Origin: the human T2T-CHM13v2.0 reference genome, Homo sapiens
DNA length: 64,000 nt
Strand: one strand, 5' to 3'
Assembly: GCF_009914755.1 (NCBI RefSeq)
Contig: NC_060935.1
Notes under the pieces: generated by a model
Database searches by the model: none
What the model saw: only the letters and a program-made list of their open reading frames with translations
What the model was told of the DNA's origin: nothing
Translations under genes and position numbers: made by a program
Shown here: piece by piece, positions 1 through 12,639 of the stretch
How positions within the stretch are numbered: the first letter of the stretch is position 1
How the letters are laid out: each line of letters starts with the position of its first letter

Positions 1-989
1 ATTGTATTTTTACTATGCATATCATTGAAGAAGATGGAAAAAGGCACCATCAGAATTCCATAGTCATTTACTGCTCTAAAATAAAATGCAGATAAGTAAA
101 AAAATGTATAAGATAATACATGAAAAAGTTCACTTGAAAGTATACCATGTAATAAAAACATAAGGTGCAATGTTATTAATAATGGCACTTTCTATGACCT
201 CAAGTGAGACATTCTATAAATCCCCTCCTTTTAACACCAAAACATTTTAATTAAATCCTCTTTTTTATCTCCTTTTCCCTCATCACCAACAAAAAAAAGT
301 TCCAGCATAATCTTTTAGCCTTGGACTTAATTACAAATGCCAGCAAAGATTTACATAGAATACAATATAAGTATATTCTGACATTTCATAAAACCCAGCC
401 ATCCTCTCAGACTGACTTCATTTTCTTTTTCATGTTTTTATAACCTTTTCTATATCCTCCTGAAGAAAAACAAAAGCGTCTACCAATATTTTAGCAACTG
501 GCAACACTATGAATATTTTAGTTATTGTTATCTACCTTAAAACCCTTCCATGTGGTCTCATGGCTTTTCTTTGCAAAAATACTAGGTATTTTTTTCTCAA
601 CTGTGTCCTAAATTTTTCCAGATTTTTAGAGCCCATTATAGCATTTCCACAAAAGATTATAGCCACTGGGGCTGCTCCATGAGTTTATAATTTGAAAGTT
701 CAGTTCCTGTGTCCAGGAATACAGATTCCCCAAAGCGAGGACACAAAGTGACAGACTACACTGAAAAACAAGAAACAAAAATGAAGAAAAGCTGTTAAAT
801 GTTTTATAGCTAGATATTAAGAAACAAAAACATTTCTACCGCCATCCGCACCCCAATCTTAGAGCATCAAGTTGCATAATTTTCTCTAAACAGTGTATCC
901 AAACCAACCAACAGACTCTATTTTTATGTACTTTGCTTTCTGTCAATCTCCCTTTTTTCACTTTCTCATTCACTACATTCCTCTTCCTG

Positions 990-1520
990 ATAACAACAAC
1001 AAATATTTACTGAATGCTTATAATGTGCAAGACCGTGTGTGCTACATGCTAAGTAAAACATCCAAGAACAAAATGGGCCAGTCCGGAGTGAAGGACAGAC
1101 ACTAAACAAAAACCACACAGATACATAATTTCAAATTGCAATATCTGCTATAAAATAAAGGATGAGAAACAAGATCCTTGCAGGGAGACAAGGTTTGCAT
1201 TGGAAGGAGCAAGGAGGGTTTCTCTGAAGAAATGACATTTAAACAGGGACCTGAAGAATGAATAGGAATCACTCTGATGAAGAGTGGAAACAGGTGCATT
1301 CCAGGTGAGAACACAGCATTATGTGAATATCTTGGTGTAAAAAAGAATTTAGAGGGTCCAAGAAACTGTCACTAGACCAGTACAGCAGCTGGATCAGAAA
1401 GAATGATTTGGGAGAAAGACAAGAGCTGAGGCTGGCAATAGAGGGGTCAGATTCTGTGGGGCCAGGGTCTTTTATGCTAAGAATATTTTTGTTTGTTTAA
1501 TTAAAGTATAATAGGAAGCT
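990..1520 (-). mobile_element. LINE-2 (L2) 3' fragment
   Basis: CAACAAATATTTACTGAATGCTTATAATGTGCAAG...TTCTCTGAAGAAATGACATTTAAACAGGGACCTGAAGAATGAATAGGA resembles the reverse complement of the L2 3' end. Boundaries approximate. Confidence 0.75.
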
Positions 1521-1684
1521 AAGAAAAAGTATTTCTTGGATCCCAAAGAATGGTAGGTGGGGTTTTCCCTACCATACAAGGAATATGGAATTTAAGCATA
1601 TATTATTTTAAGAAGCATGGGAATGAAAGACACAAAATGCATGAGTCATTATCACTAGCATGACGACAGGGAGATATAAAACTA

Positions 1685-1800
1685 GAAAAGGCTTCAACTA
1701 TATTGGTAATATTTTATTTCTTATAAACACAGGTATTTATACCATTCTTTAGACATTTTTATATGAGTGAAATTTTCATAATAAAAATTGTTTAAAGAAT
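1685..1800 (+). mobile_element. Ancient L1 (L1ME-like) 3' tip
   Basis: GGCTTCAACTATATTGGTAATATTTTATTTCTT...ATTTTCATAATAAAA resembles the L1ME 3' terminus. Confidence 0.45.
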
Positions 1801-2029
1801 TAATGAATGCTAAGAATTCACTGATTTATTTCCCTTCCCTCTTCTTTCTCAGGCTCATATCAAATCTTTCAATTTTGAGAAATTCAAGCACATAGAATTT
1901 AGAGATCTCCCCTCTTATACGTTTTGTTTCCTGAGCCTTTATTCGCTAGACTTTTAGCATCAGATGTTAGGGGTTCTTTAATTAGCTTATCTTTTGTTTT
2001 AGCATACACTATAATCCTTACAGCTTTCC

Positions 2030-2120
2030 AACAAGTACAGAGTTAATATGAGGATTAAATGAGATTAAAAACAAAGCATTTAGCACACAGAGCTCAATAA
2101 ATGTTAACTATTTTTATTAT
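2030..2120 (+). mobile_element. MIR SINE 3' fragment
   Basis: GAGGATTAAATGAGAT...AAAGCATTTAGCACACAG...CTCAATAAATGTTAACTATT matches the MIR tail. Confidence 0.75.
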
Positions 2121-3310
2121 TTCACTTACAATAATCTACTCTTCCCAGTCTTAAATATAGGCCAGAACATTAGAACTAACAAAAGCTGAGTATATAGGAC
2201 TAAATAGTGCTCTGGCATTTTGAATGCATGTATACTGTGTATTTTCACAAATACACACACACAAACACATGCACACATATAATGTAGATTTCCGACACTG
2301 AATTTTTAGTTTTTGAAAAAGATTTTTTTCTGTGCTCATTTAAGCATTAAATGACAAAATGCTAATTTGAATTGTTTTTATTCCCACTCAAGATGTAAAC
2401 TGAAAGAAAATGTGCATTTGTTTGTGTGGAATTGCAATGTAAGGCAAGTTTAATATGTTTCCTAACTTCTCCTAAGTACAACAATAGTATATTGAAATGG
2501 CTTCTGATTACATAGAGTTTCAATAATATTCAGTAATGTATGGTCCACATTATGCTTGAAAGGTTCATTTTTGTAATATGAAGTAATTTATGCAAAATCT
2601 CAATCTTATAGAATTGAATATTGACATCAAAATTTCTTCTATAACAGGAGGAGCAGTCTTTAGTGGAAGAACATTATTAAAATCATATCTTTTCACTTAA
2701 TTTTCTTTGTACAAATAGCACAGAGCCTCTCATTTCTCTTTCCTTGCAATTCACAAATACCATAAAAGCTGTCTTTAGAAAAGTCCTTATTAAACATCAT
2801 GATGAAATAAGTACTGGGACCCCAAAAATATCAGAACCTATAACAGTTTTTGTTAACTAGACATCTGGAAAACACCTCACTGAATCTTTACGTGAATATT
2901 TTACTTTAAATTATATTTTAATACCTAAGAACCCAGAACTTCCTCTTGTGAAAAAAACAAGAGAGTTTGTCACTGAAGATTCTTCAGTTTATATTCCTTG
3001 AGGTTTGGACTTAGTTCGTTTTAGTAATCATTTCTCCATGCCCATTTCCTTGTTCTTAATCACAAATCTAATCATGTATTTTTATAAATATTCAAAATTA
3101 AATATATTTATCTACTTATGTAAATACTTTTTAGTTACTGTCTACCAATAGCATGTATAGGGATCTCATTAACAAACAGATTTAGAACTTTTTAGATTTG
3201 TTCCAGCAGCTTGTAAATTCATCTTAGACTTAATTGTTTAAATATATCAACATTCTAATCATTTTAAAAAGTGGACAGAAAAGATTAATTCCAAGTTTTC
3301 TTTTACTTAC

Positions 3311-3374
3311 CAAGCTCTGCCATTCCACCCCGCTGCCTTAACAATATTATCAGCTCTTTGGATACTCATTCTTG
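3311..3374 (-). other. Candidate 64-nt internal exon of a minus-strand host transcript
   Basis: Minus-strand acceptor gaaatatgcttttacttag|C and consensus donor TTG|GTAAGT, in non-repetitive sequence. No transcript evidence is available. Confidence 0.4.
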
Positions 3375-3898
3375 CTAAGTAAAAGCATATTTCTTCTCTA
3401 GCTGGATTAATAATCAACTTTCTAGATAGTTCATTTGTAATTCTCTTCTGGTTAACCCTTAGCATTACAGCAGTCTGCCCAACTCATGCTAATCAATTTA
3501 TGAAGGTAGAAGGAACAGGGGAAATTTAATCAGGCAGATATCAAAAGGAAAGTAAAAACGAGGTACAGTTTAAATTAGGCCCAAAAGAATAATCAGCCTT
3601 ACACTAAAAGGTATAAATCTTTGTTAGATATTACAAAAGCATTCAGGTGCTAAAACACAAGATACAAGATACATGAAGAGAAAAACCTAACAGGCTTACA
3701 GCACACCAGTCCAGTGCATACCAGCCCATGTTTATTGCTTTCTTATATGCAGATAAACAAAACTCAGCTCTGAGCACAAGACATACATTTTTCTCTTAGT
3801 AAAAAGGTCTGACTTTCAAATTCCAAATGTCTCCTCTCTCAACAGTTGTAGTGACATGGTCCCTTATCCTACAATAAATGTCATCCCAGGCTTCATGG

Positions 3899-4041
3899 CA
3901 ATTTTCTGCAAATGCAATCTATAAACACTTGCATCAGAATAATCTGGGATGCTTGCAAAAAATATAGACACCTGGGCCCCACTTGACAAGTCCTAACCAC
4001 CCAAGTGATTCTTACATACCTTAAAAGTTAGAGAGCCACTG
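3899..4041. mobile_element. MER5A-like hAT-Charlie DNA transposon remnant
   Basis: GCATCAGAATAATCTGGGATGCTTG...CCTGGGCCCCAC...AAGTGATTCTTACATACCTTAAAAGTTAGAGAGCCACTG followed by CTCTAG. Confidence 0.65.
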
Positions 4042-4128
4042 CTCTAGGATCAGCTTAAGCTTACCTAAGAAGGACTCCAACGCAATCCCTTAGAATTCAG
4101 AATAAAAGTATGTACCTTATTGCGAGTT

Positions 4129-4143
4129 TGACCTTGACCTTTT
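4129..4143 (-). promoter_or_regulatory. Composite nuclear-receptor motif AAAAGGTCAAGGTCA (DR0 plus NBRE plus extended half-site)
   Basis: TGACCTTGACCTTTT on +. Motif match only; function untested. Confidence 0.35.
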
Positions 4144-4889
4144 GTCTTCATTCCAATAGCTAAGATTCCACCTTGTTTTTCTGTAGCTGAGTGCAGTAGT
4201 CCATCTAAAACCATAACCATTCCCTGGTCTTTTAGCTAGTTATACATTTCATATTTCTGGATGTGAATAAGCAAGTCCTATTCATCGTACCGGGTGTGGG
4301 GCAGAGTAGTAAGGGTCTACTAGGATAGGAACAGTCTTGGGAGAAAGTTAACATAGCAGACACAATGTATTAGCTAAACGGTTGGACAATTGACATCAAT
4401 AACTATACTCCATTATAGAAAAAAAACTAGAATCTGTTCTTTAACTCCACTTGTTGTCTATGGGTCTTATTGAGGTCTAGCTGCCTATGCCTCTAAGTAC
4501 CACTTACCCTAGATTTTTTTTTCCTTTCTCTGCTTTATGAAACTCTTTAATATCCTGTTTTATGTATTTCTTCTATAAGGTCAAAAGGCAGACATGGCAG
4601 CCAGTGGTTTCACAAATTGCTACAAAAGGCCATGTTCATAACCAGAATTAAGGAAAAGATAAAGGCTATGGAAAAAAAAAACCATAAAAACCTAAAGGAA
4701 AACCCTTGAGAACTGGAATGACTAGTAGACCAAGTAAAATAATATTTTTTTTAAATTGAAATTCTAATCATTTATTTTTATTTTCATAGAATCTTTTAAG
4801 AAAGGTCAACAAAAAGATGATGATTCAAAAGATGATTATGAGAGAAGGTTAAAGTGACTAAAACAAAGAAAAGACATTACTGAACTAGT

Positions 4890-5105
4890 AGAACTCAGAA
4901 AACAGATTTTTCTTGGCCTCTCTACCACTTCCTAGATTTACGATCTAGACTAAATCTCTTAACTTTTCTGTGCTTCAGTTCCTCATCTGTAAAATGAATA
5001 TAATAAACCAGGTCTGTGTGTCTCATAGGGTTATTTTTATAATTAAACAGGATCATGTTTATTAAAAAGCTTTGAAACTATAAATACCATATAAACATAA
5101 GGGAT
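4890..5105 (+). mobile_element. MIR SINE
   Basis: Core CTTAACTTTTCTGTGCTTCAGTTCCTCATCTGTAAAATG...CTCATAGGGTT. Confidence 0.8.
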
Positions 5106-5195
5106 TACTGTAGCTATATAAATTGCTACTGTATAAAAGATTATAATTAACATCCATAGATAACTTAAAGCAGTAATATTTTTATTGTTTTATAT

Positions 5196-5343
5196 TATTT
5201 TTATTTTATTTTATTTTATTTTATTTTAAGAAACTGGGTCTCACTCTATTGACCAAGTTGGAGTGCAGTGGCACTATCATAGCTCATTTGCAACCTTGAA
5301 CGCCTAAACTCAAGTGATCCTCTCACCTCAGCCTCCTGAGTAC
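5196..5343 (-). mobile_element. Truncated old Alu (AluJ right arm/FRAM-like) with (TTTTA)n tail
   Basis: GGGTCTCACTCTATTGACCAAGTTGGAGTGCAGTGGCACTATCATAGCTCA...CTCAAGTGATCCTCTCACCTCAGCCTCCTGAGTA. Confidence 0.85.
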
Positions 5344-5914
5344 TACATTATTTTTAAAGGAAAATATAAGCCATATACAGTGAAAAAGTAAATGGAAGTT
5401 TGTAAAATGTCTTTCCTAAGGAAATTTTAAGAACATGACCAATATTAGTTGGGGGAAGACTAAGGCAAAATCATCCCAAAGTATAGATAAATAATCAGAT
5501 TAACCTGAGTTTGCCCAGTTCATACTTAAGCCTTAAGGTTCTTAACAGAAGGACTTCCAGATGAGGAAAGGGATAAGGAGTGATACTGGTGACATTTCTC
5601 ATCCAAAACCATCTACCTAAAGACAGAGTTCAGACTGACTTGAAGAAGTAAAAGCTTGGGGTATTTGTTACATGACATTTGACTTTATCCAACATTGCCC
5701 TAAGATTCAATCAAGTGCCATGATTTGATTTAACTGGCTAACATGTACATGTTCAAAGGGAGAAAATGGAAGTTTTAGCCAGTGCAAAAATTGGTTGATG
5801 AGAGTTGCCCACGTGAAGAAAAAAGGATTCTTAACTTAAAAAAAGACAGTTTCAGTTCCATTGAAACTGAAGAATGTCGAATTTTTAAAAAGTTCCATTT
5901 TTTAAAGTTTCAAT

Positions 5915-6230
5915 AAACCATTCAATAAATATTGTTGAACATGTTTAATGGTCTAGGCATTGTTCAAGACACTGGCGAATATGAGGAACAAAAACAGTCA
6001 AAAATTACCTGCCATCATAGACCTTATATTCCAGTTGGAAAGAAAGCCAATACATTTAAAAGATATACAAATTATATAGTATGTTCAATATTGAAAAAGT
6101 TTCTGGAAACAAATAGAACAGCATTAGAGAGAACAGGAATGTTTAGCAGGTTGCAATTTTAAACAGGATGTTCAAGGTAGATCTCACTAAGAAGACATTT
6201 AAGCAAAAACTTGAAGGAGGTGATGAAGTT
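5915..6230 (-). mobile_element. L2 3' fragment
   Basis: CATTCAATAAATATTGTTGAAC...CTAGGCATTGTTCAAGACACTGG...CATTTAAGCAAAAACTTGAAGGAGGTGA. Confidence 0.75.
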
Positions 6231-6519
6231 TGGTGAGATCCTTATACTACAATCATGGGAGTTATTTTTCACCCATGTTAACATTTTTACCACTTTAATA
6301 ATAAACAAGATATTCTTATAAATATACTTTTGTACTATAATAGCGAAAAGCTATAAGTCACTGATGTAATGGTAAAACAAATTGTGGTACATCCATATGA
6401 TGGTATATGATGTAGTGATTAAAAATGTTCTCCAAGACTATTAACATAAAAAAATCAATAAAGTGAGTTTTTAGATACAAAAATGTATACATAATATGAT
6501 CCAATCTTGCAGAAAATTT

Positions 6520-6630
6520 TTTTCATTTGCTCAACAACTATTTTTTGAGTACCTTCTATGAGCCAGGCACTATTCTGGGCCCCAGAGAGAGGGCAGTAAA
6601 CAAGCTAGACATGTTCTTTCTTCTCATACA
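6520..6630 (-). mobile_element. L2 3' tip
   Basis: CATTTGCTCAACAACTATTTTTTGAGTACCTTCTATGAGCCAGGCACTATTCTGGG. Confidence 0.7.
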
Positions 6631-9038
6631 TACGTAGATAAAAGACTTGTATGAAATATACCAGAATATTACTAGGAAGTAAATTTCATTATGAAATAAT
6701 AAGGTAAAATTATAAGTTATTTTATTTCCTCCTTTATGATTAAACATAGTCCCAAATTTCTAAATACTTTCTGAATGGTGCCAAAAACAAACCATGGCCT
6801 TTATATTGATCTAAACATTATAGTCCATATTTGTTTTGTGATATCTGTGTTTGCATAAAGCACAAATTTGCAGTCTTACAATATTCTGCCAAATGTGTAT
6901 TGCATTTTTCAATTATATACCAATTTTTATGTCTCATAACACCTAATGAAATTGAATAACATTGGATCCCTTTCTACAAATACAAAAACTAGGAAAAAGA
7001 ACAGTTAACTAACTTACTACACTAGAAATAGTGTTTAAATTGTAAATTATAACAACGCATATGAAAGTATCTCACACAGTGCCTGGACCAAGAAAGGTTT
7101 GCAGATTCTGGATCCTATGCTAGTACCTTCCCAGTTCTGCTGGAGTTTGTTGTTGTTGCTGCTGTTTGTTGTTTGTTTTTGACAGGGAAAAAAATCTCCA
7201 TTTATTTAAAATGGAGCGTTAATAGTTACCAAAAAAAATCTTATGTGAATCCCAGACCCTACCACGACTACCAGGTGTTAGCTTTATTCCATCTCTCCTC
7301 AATCACTAAAATGACCAGTAAACAAGTTAGACATGTTTTTTTATAATGCTTTTCCAGTCTTCTTTTGATTTCAGTATTTATATTTAAACCATGTAGCAAA
7401 TGGCAGTGGTCTACCTCTAATTAGTCAAGTTGTCTTGGGCAAGTCATTTCAACTTTCCAGTCTCGCTTTTTAAATTTTTCAAATATAAGATTTGGACTAG
7501 GAGAACTCAAAAGTCATTAAGCTCTAAAGTTTCATTATATTACTTTAAGTCTATGAGGTATCTATAATAAATCAAAGGAACACGGCTTCTCAAAAGAATA
7601 AAGGATACAGCAATAGGGTGGTTGGCTAGAACAAGAAAACAAAGACCAAGGATTAAAAGAGAATTTGAAAATCTCCCCAACCCCCTGGACCAAGTCCAGC
7701 TTCAGTCACATAAAGGTTGTTTGGGACTATAGAGAAGAATAAATATGAAGGTTTCTCAAATCATCAAGAGATGATGTTTTTGCTTAAAAAAGAAAAAGTA
7801 CACTTGTTCCTATATACTCTCTAGTTCTTAAAGCATACATACACACATCACCACCAACAACAACCCTAAATGTTTTAATATTGATATGGAAGGAAAATAC
7901 AAGTCACTCATTTTGCTGAAATAAAGTATTTTAAACCCAGAAAGGGTGATTTGGTTTTGAGGGAAAACAAAACAAAAACAAAACAAAAAAAACACTGTAT
8001 TCACTCTTTTTCTATTGCCTCCTCTGTATACAAACCCACAGTAGCTCTTAAATTTGTGACATTTTCTTATGTACATGGAGAAAAATTTGTGTCACTATTG
8101 CAGCAACATCTAAACAGTTTCCTGTAAACTTTCAGTGATGGAACTCATAGAATTTATGATAAAATCCCGTAGAGTGGTGAAACAAATTTCTTTCATATTT
8201 ATCATTCATTTTATTCAGTGTGCATTTGAAGGAAAACCTTTTAAGAACACCAATAACGTGAGAAAGCTAAAACAACTAAATTTATTGTTAAGTATCACAT
8301 CATTGGTCCTTCTGGGAGTTCAGGAAGAAGGCTTAAATCACATTTCCTAACACATTAGAGAGCTTCCCAGAGATTTGATGGCCCACAGAAGCAAACCACC
8401 CAAAGCACACTGGAATCTCAGAGATGGTGACAAAGAAATATCGCTTTGTTTAATGAAAGCAGACTGAAGTTACCCTTTCATTTTTTTTAACAAAATACAA
8501 ACTCTCTTACCCCATTTTTCTTCTTTCCTTCCTCCACCCACTCCTGTTTCACCTGACTAAACTGTAGGTATTTGTTCCATCACCTGACTTAGGGGCTGGC
8601 TAGAAATATTAGGAAAAAAAACAATCTACTATTGTTACATGAGACAACAACCTTTCATGTCCTTGAAGCTCACCATGACCTTTCATCTTTCCTATCCCCA
8701 ATGGTCTCTCCTAACAACTAAAACTACACTCAGTTGGGCTGAATTCCAGATTGTCATAAAAAGAACCCTGTCCTTTCAAAACAAAACCAATTTTTACACC
8801 AAGGTGGGGGAGAAACACAAGTCCATTGTTCCCTCACAGATGGAAGTTGGAGTTACTAAGGCAACTGCTCTAATCCTCCTTTTTACCACCTTTTTCACAT
8901 CACTGGCCTATCAAGTATGCTACCTTTTAACTCATAAGCTCAAAAGCTGGTAGTCTAACTCGCTGCCCTAATTAGCTACGATTTTCACACTACAGACAAC
9001 ATGATGAGCTAATCGAAATTTGCAAAATAATGACGTAC

Positions 9039-9453
9039 CTCCAGCAAATATTCCTCCTCCTGAGGCCCAGTCTTAGAATAACAATAATGAGACCATTATT
9101 AGAGAAGGGCATTAAAATGCTGCACTGCTGCTAAACAGAGAACTTAATTGTTCTGGTCTTGTCCATTGAATCAACAACCTATTGTTGTGGACTTGAAAAA
9201 TAAAGGACTGGAGAATGGGTGCCATGATGATTGGTCTGTGCGGCCATACCGGCACTCTGTAGAATTGTTTTCTTTTGAAACTCTTGATGGACTAGTAGTT
9301 TTGTTTAAAAGTAACATAAAAGGCGATTGTCTGGATAAAAAGTCCTATTTATTGAAATCCTTAGAAGCAGTTGCATGGATTTGTTCGTGACCCCTGAGAT
9401 AAAAACATAGTGACCATAATAACACCATTTGTAGAGAGCCCTGTTACCACTGC
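9039..9453 (-). other. Candidate non-coding or poison exon unit with alternative splice sites
   Basis: Minus-strand acceptors ...tcttatcttatgttactgtag|G (9453) and ...tatgtttttatctcag|G (9393), and donors CCG|GTATGG (9250) and GAG|GTACGT (9039). Stops occur in all three minus frames. CpGs are locally retained. Confidence 0.35.
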
Positions 9454-12143
9454 CTACAGTAACATAAGATAAGAGACAGTCTTTTCTAACTACAGTAGGA
9501 AGGAAGGAAGTACTTCTGAGCAGAAAACAAGAATGATAAAAGGTCAAATACTGGATAAAGCTCATTAATCACTGAAAGGGAGACTTTAAAAAATAATGCT
9601 AATTTAAGAATTCTGTACAATTGCTAAAGATTCAAGCACATGTAAAAAGGCACACAGCTTGTTTTTTCCTTTCCCACTTTTGAACTTCTTTGGTTAAAAA
9701 AAAAAGAATTAAAATAAAATTATTATTAAATAACTAAAGCAAGATGTCTCAGGATAACCTGGAGAACAAGAAACCCAAAGGTTTCTAGATAATTATTCTT
9801 ATGGTCATCCCCAGTCTATATTGAGAATAACAAAATACTGAAGTTAAAGGTTAACTAGTGTAGGATTCTTAGCTGTAGAAAAGCACTGTTTACACACTGT
9901 AAAAGTGTCTTCCATATGGGGCCACAGTACATGTTTTCTGTAAAGTCAAACCAAGATTTTAGTGTTGAATTGTGGGGAAGGGACGTACTTTTGCTGTTAG
10001 TGGGTATTTGGGGTGAGGGTCTGTTTGTTTTTTACCAAGTGAAATCTGCATTATATAAAAATGTATTAAATTGTAAATAAGACCTCTTGCTTCATTCAAA
10101 CTGTGCTTTGCTTCATTTATCTTCATCTTGTTAGGCTAAATTAATTAACAATCTCACTGTTGCACACTTTCTCTTTTCATTACATCAAATAATGGCCGGT
10201 ATATTAAGAAAGCCCTCACCACGGGAATTCTGCAACACTACTGCTAAGAAGAGTTTCTGTGTATCAATGTAACAATATTCATTTCATAAGCATTTATTAA
10301 ATATACTTTTATTGTTAACAACCAATTAAGCACCTAAATTCTTAACATGTTATCAATAGAAAGCCATTTTTTAAAAAAGCAAAACTAAACTAAAAGTTGC
10401 AAGATACTTTAAAAAGGAAAAATAAATCACATTGTATGCCCACAACCAGGTTTCACCATCAACTTTACCTAAAATAAGAAGAAACACATGAAAATTTGAC
10501 AGGTATGTTTTCAGAGATACAAGACAATATTGCATAAAAGGTTTAAAAGACACACCCCAAGCCGTTCTGCTCCTTGCTGTGGAATGTTTAATGTGATAAA
10601 TGGGATGATTAGAATTTCATTGGTAAATCCCGTTATTTTAAATCTGTAAGAATGAAATGTTTTAAACTCTTTTGTAAGTTTTCTTTTCAACCTGAAACTC
10701 TGTGGCATCTAGAATTATGCAAATGGACAAAACACTAAAGCTCTTTTTAATCTTTTCCTTGATCAACCAGTGCTTCTTTCTCCAATCACAGCTTTGTGCG
10801 TGATATCTTTCTGCTAGCATTTCTTATTTAATTAAAACAGACACTGACAGAAGGACACGGATTAGTACTGTAATGATGCATTTACTTAGATTAATCGGAG
10901 GCTCCTTTTAGAGTAATGGCTTAAACAAAGAACAAAAGGAAATTGTTATGAAACAGCCTTTTATCCCAGGCAAAGGTCGCATTATGAGGTTTTTAATTTT
11001 GTCAGCTTCTGTTATACTCTGCCTTGCTAGTGGAACATGAGAAGTGCTTTTACCCCCAATAAAGCCAGTTATTATAAAAACAGCCATTAAAGCTGCAAAT
11101 TAAAATGTCTGATTTTTAAAACAGGTTACTTAGCTTTCAGAATATCCTAATTAGCATGTTGTACATTGTGGTGAGGAAAAGAAGACTAAATGCTAATGAC
11201 CTACCGCCAGGTGACCACACTGCTGTGCACAATAATAAGGACCTTTCCAAGTAATATGATGAATTAACCAAGTACAGGTCCCCCATCTAACACCCCTTCT
11301 CCGAATACAGCTTCAGATGAATGGAGGGACGTGACTGTTTGGATGTGTTCAGTAAGGCCCTACTTCTGTCCAGAACACTCTCAGCCAGCTACTTTTTATA
11401 TAACCACTAAAAGGCAGAATTCTATTACAAAAGAGAGTAAATGAAATAGCAATACTATATACAGTCTGAAGTTAGAAAAGGCAACAGTCATTTGACTGCA
11501 AAGCACAATGAATTAAAGAACCATGCCCCAACAAAACCAACTCTTTGCCTCTTTTCATCCAACCTTCCCCATCCTATCCCTCTCCCCTCTGCCTCTTTAA
11601 TAAGTTGAGCTTGCAGAGTATAAATGGAGTTAAGGTTTGAAAGCTCAGTCTTTGTTCATAGCACTGATTTTTACACCATGTTGTCTTTAACCAGCTCAAA
11701 CGTAAATCGAGTTTCCTTTTTCTAAATGTTGTTTTTGCCTTCTGTTTACTGACTCCACCCACTGCTACTTCTCCTTAGTCAAAATTGCTCTCGACAAAGG
11801 GTATATTGTCCTTTGCATTTCCTACTGTATGAACTTACCTCAATTACTTGCCTACTTGTAGGTATTTTTTGCTTTATCTTTCTTTATGGACTAAATCGTT
11901 CTGTGCCCCATAAGGCTACTACTATACTTTAGGTTAATATATGGACTAGATAGAAAATATCTCTAGAATTCCGCACAGAGGAAACATAATCCACTTTAAG
12001 TCTCACACAAATACTCCTGAGTAGCTTGCTCTAGAAATTTCTTGAAACCAACAGGAAATATTGTCATTGGAACAAGAAATCACTGAGGATCATCAGTGCC
12101 ATCTGTCCTGTGGACTTGTTTGAAAAGGAGGATTATTTGAGGT

Positions 12144-12610
12144 TGTATCAACTATATACAGCCACAAGAATGCTACAGGTTTAACCACCCCAAAACTTAG
12201 TGGCTTAAAACAATAAGCATGTATTTAGCTTATGCATCTGTAGGTCAGCTGGACATTTCTCTGGTTTTAGTTGAGTTCACTAACATATCTTGTGGTTGGC
12301 CTTGGCTGGGACAACTGGTATAATTCAACTCTGCTCCATATGTCTCATCCTCCAACAGGCTAGTCCAGGATTGTTCTTCTATAGTGACAGAAAACAGCAA
12401 GAGTGTGAACAGAAATGTACAAGTACTTTTACAAGCCTCTACCTGTGTCACATAAGCTAACATCCCATTGGCCAACGTAAGCTAAATGACTGATCTCAGA
12501 GTCTAGTCGTGAGGACAAATGCCCTATCAATATTGGAAGGGCACTGAAAAGTTTTATGGCAAAGGTCATAAATAGAAGGAAGGATAAAGAAGAACTGGGT
12601 TCTTTAAAGT
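12144..12610 (-). mobile_element. ERVL-MaLR LTR (MLT1G/H-like)
   Basis: AACCACCCCAAAACTTAGTGGCTTAAAACAATAAGC...CTCATCCTCCAACAGGCTAG...GCTAACATCCCATTGGCCAA are typical of antisense old MLT1 LTRs. Confidence 0.75.
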
Positions 12611-12627
12611 ATTCAGTCTTAGCAAAG

Positions 12628-12639
12628 AGGTCAAGGTCA
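12628..12639 (+). promoter_or_regulatory. Perfect DR0 nuclear-receptor motif AGGTCAAGGTCA
   Basis: Exact 12-mer on +. Motif match only. Confidence 0.35.

Noticed and set aside
4117-4205. Further minus-strand exon-like units (also 46655-46714)
   Set aside because: Weaker splice sites (AAG|GTACAT, CTG|GTAACT, short pyrimidine tracts) and no recognisable peptide. Indistinguishable from pseudo-exons without RNA data.
9001-9035. Hammerhead-ribozyme-like core ATGATGAG-CTAAT-CGAAA (also CTGATGA...GAAAC near 1274)
   Set aside because: The first lacks the invariant C of CUGAUGA and convincing stems I and II. The second has no stem II and lies within an L2.
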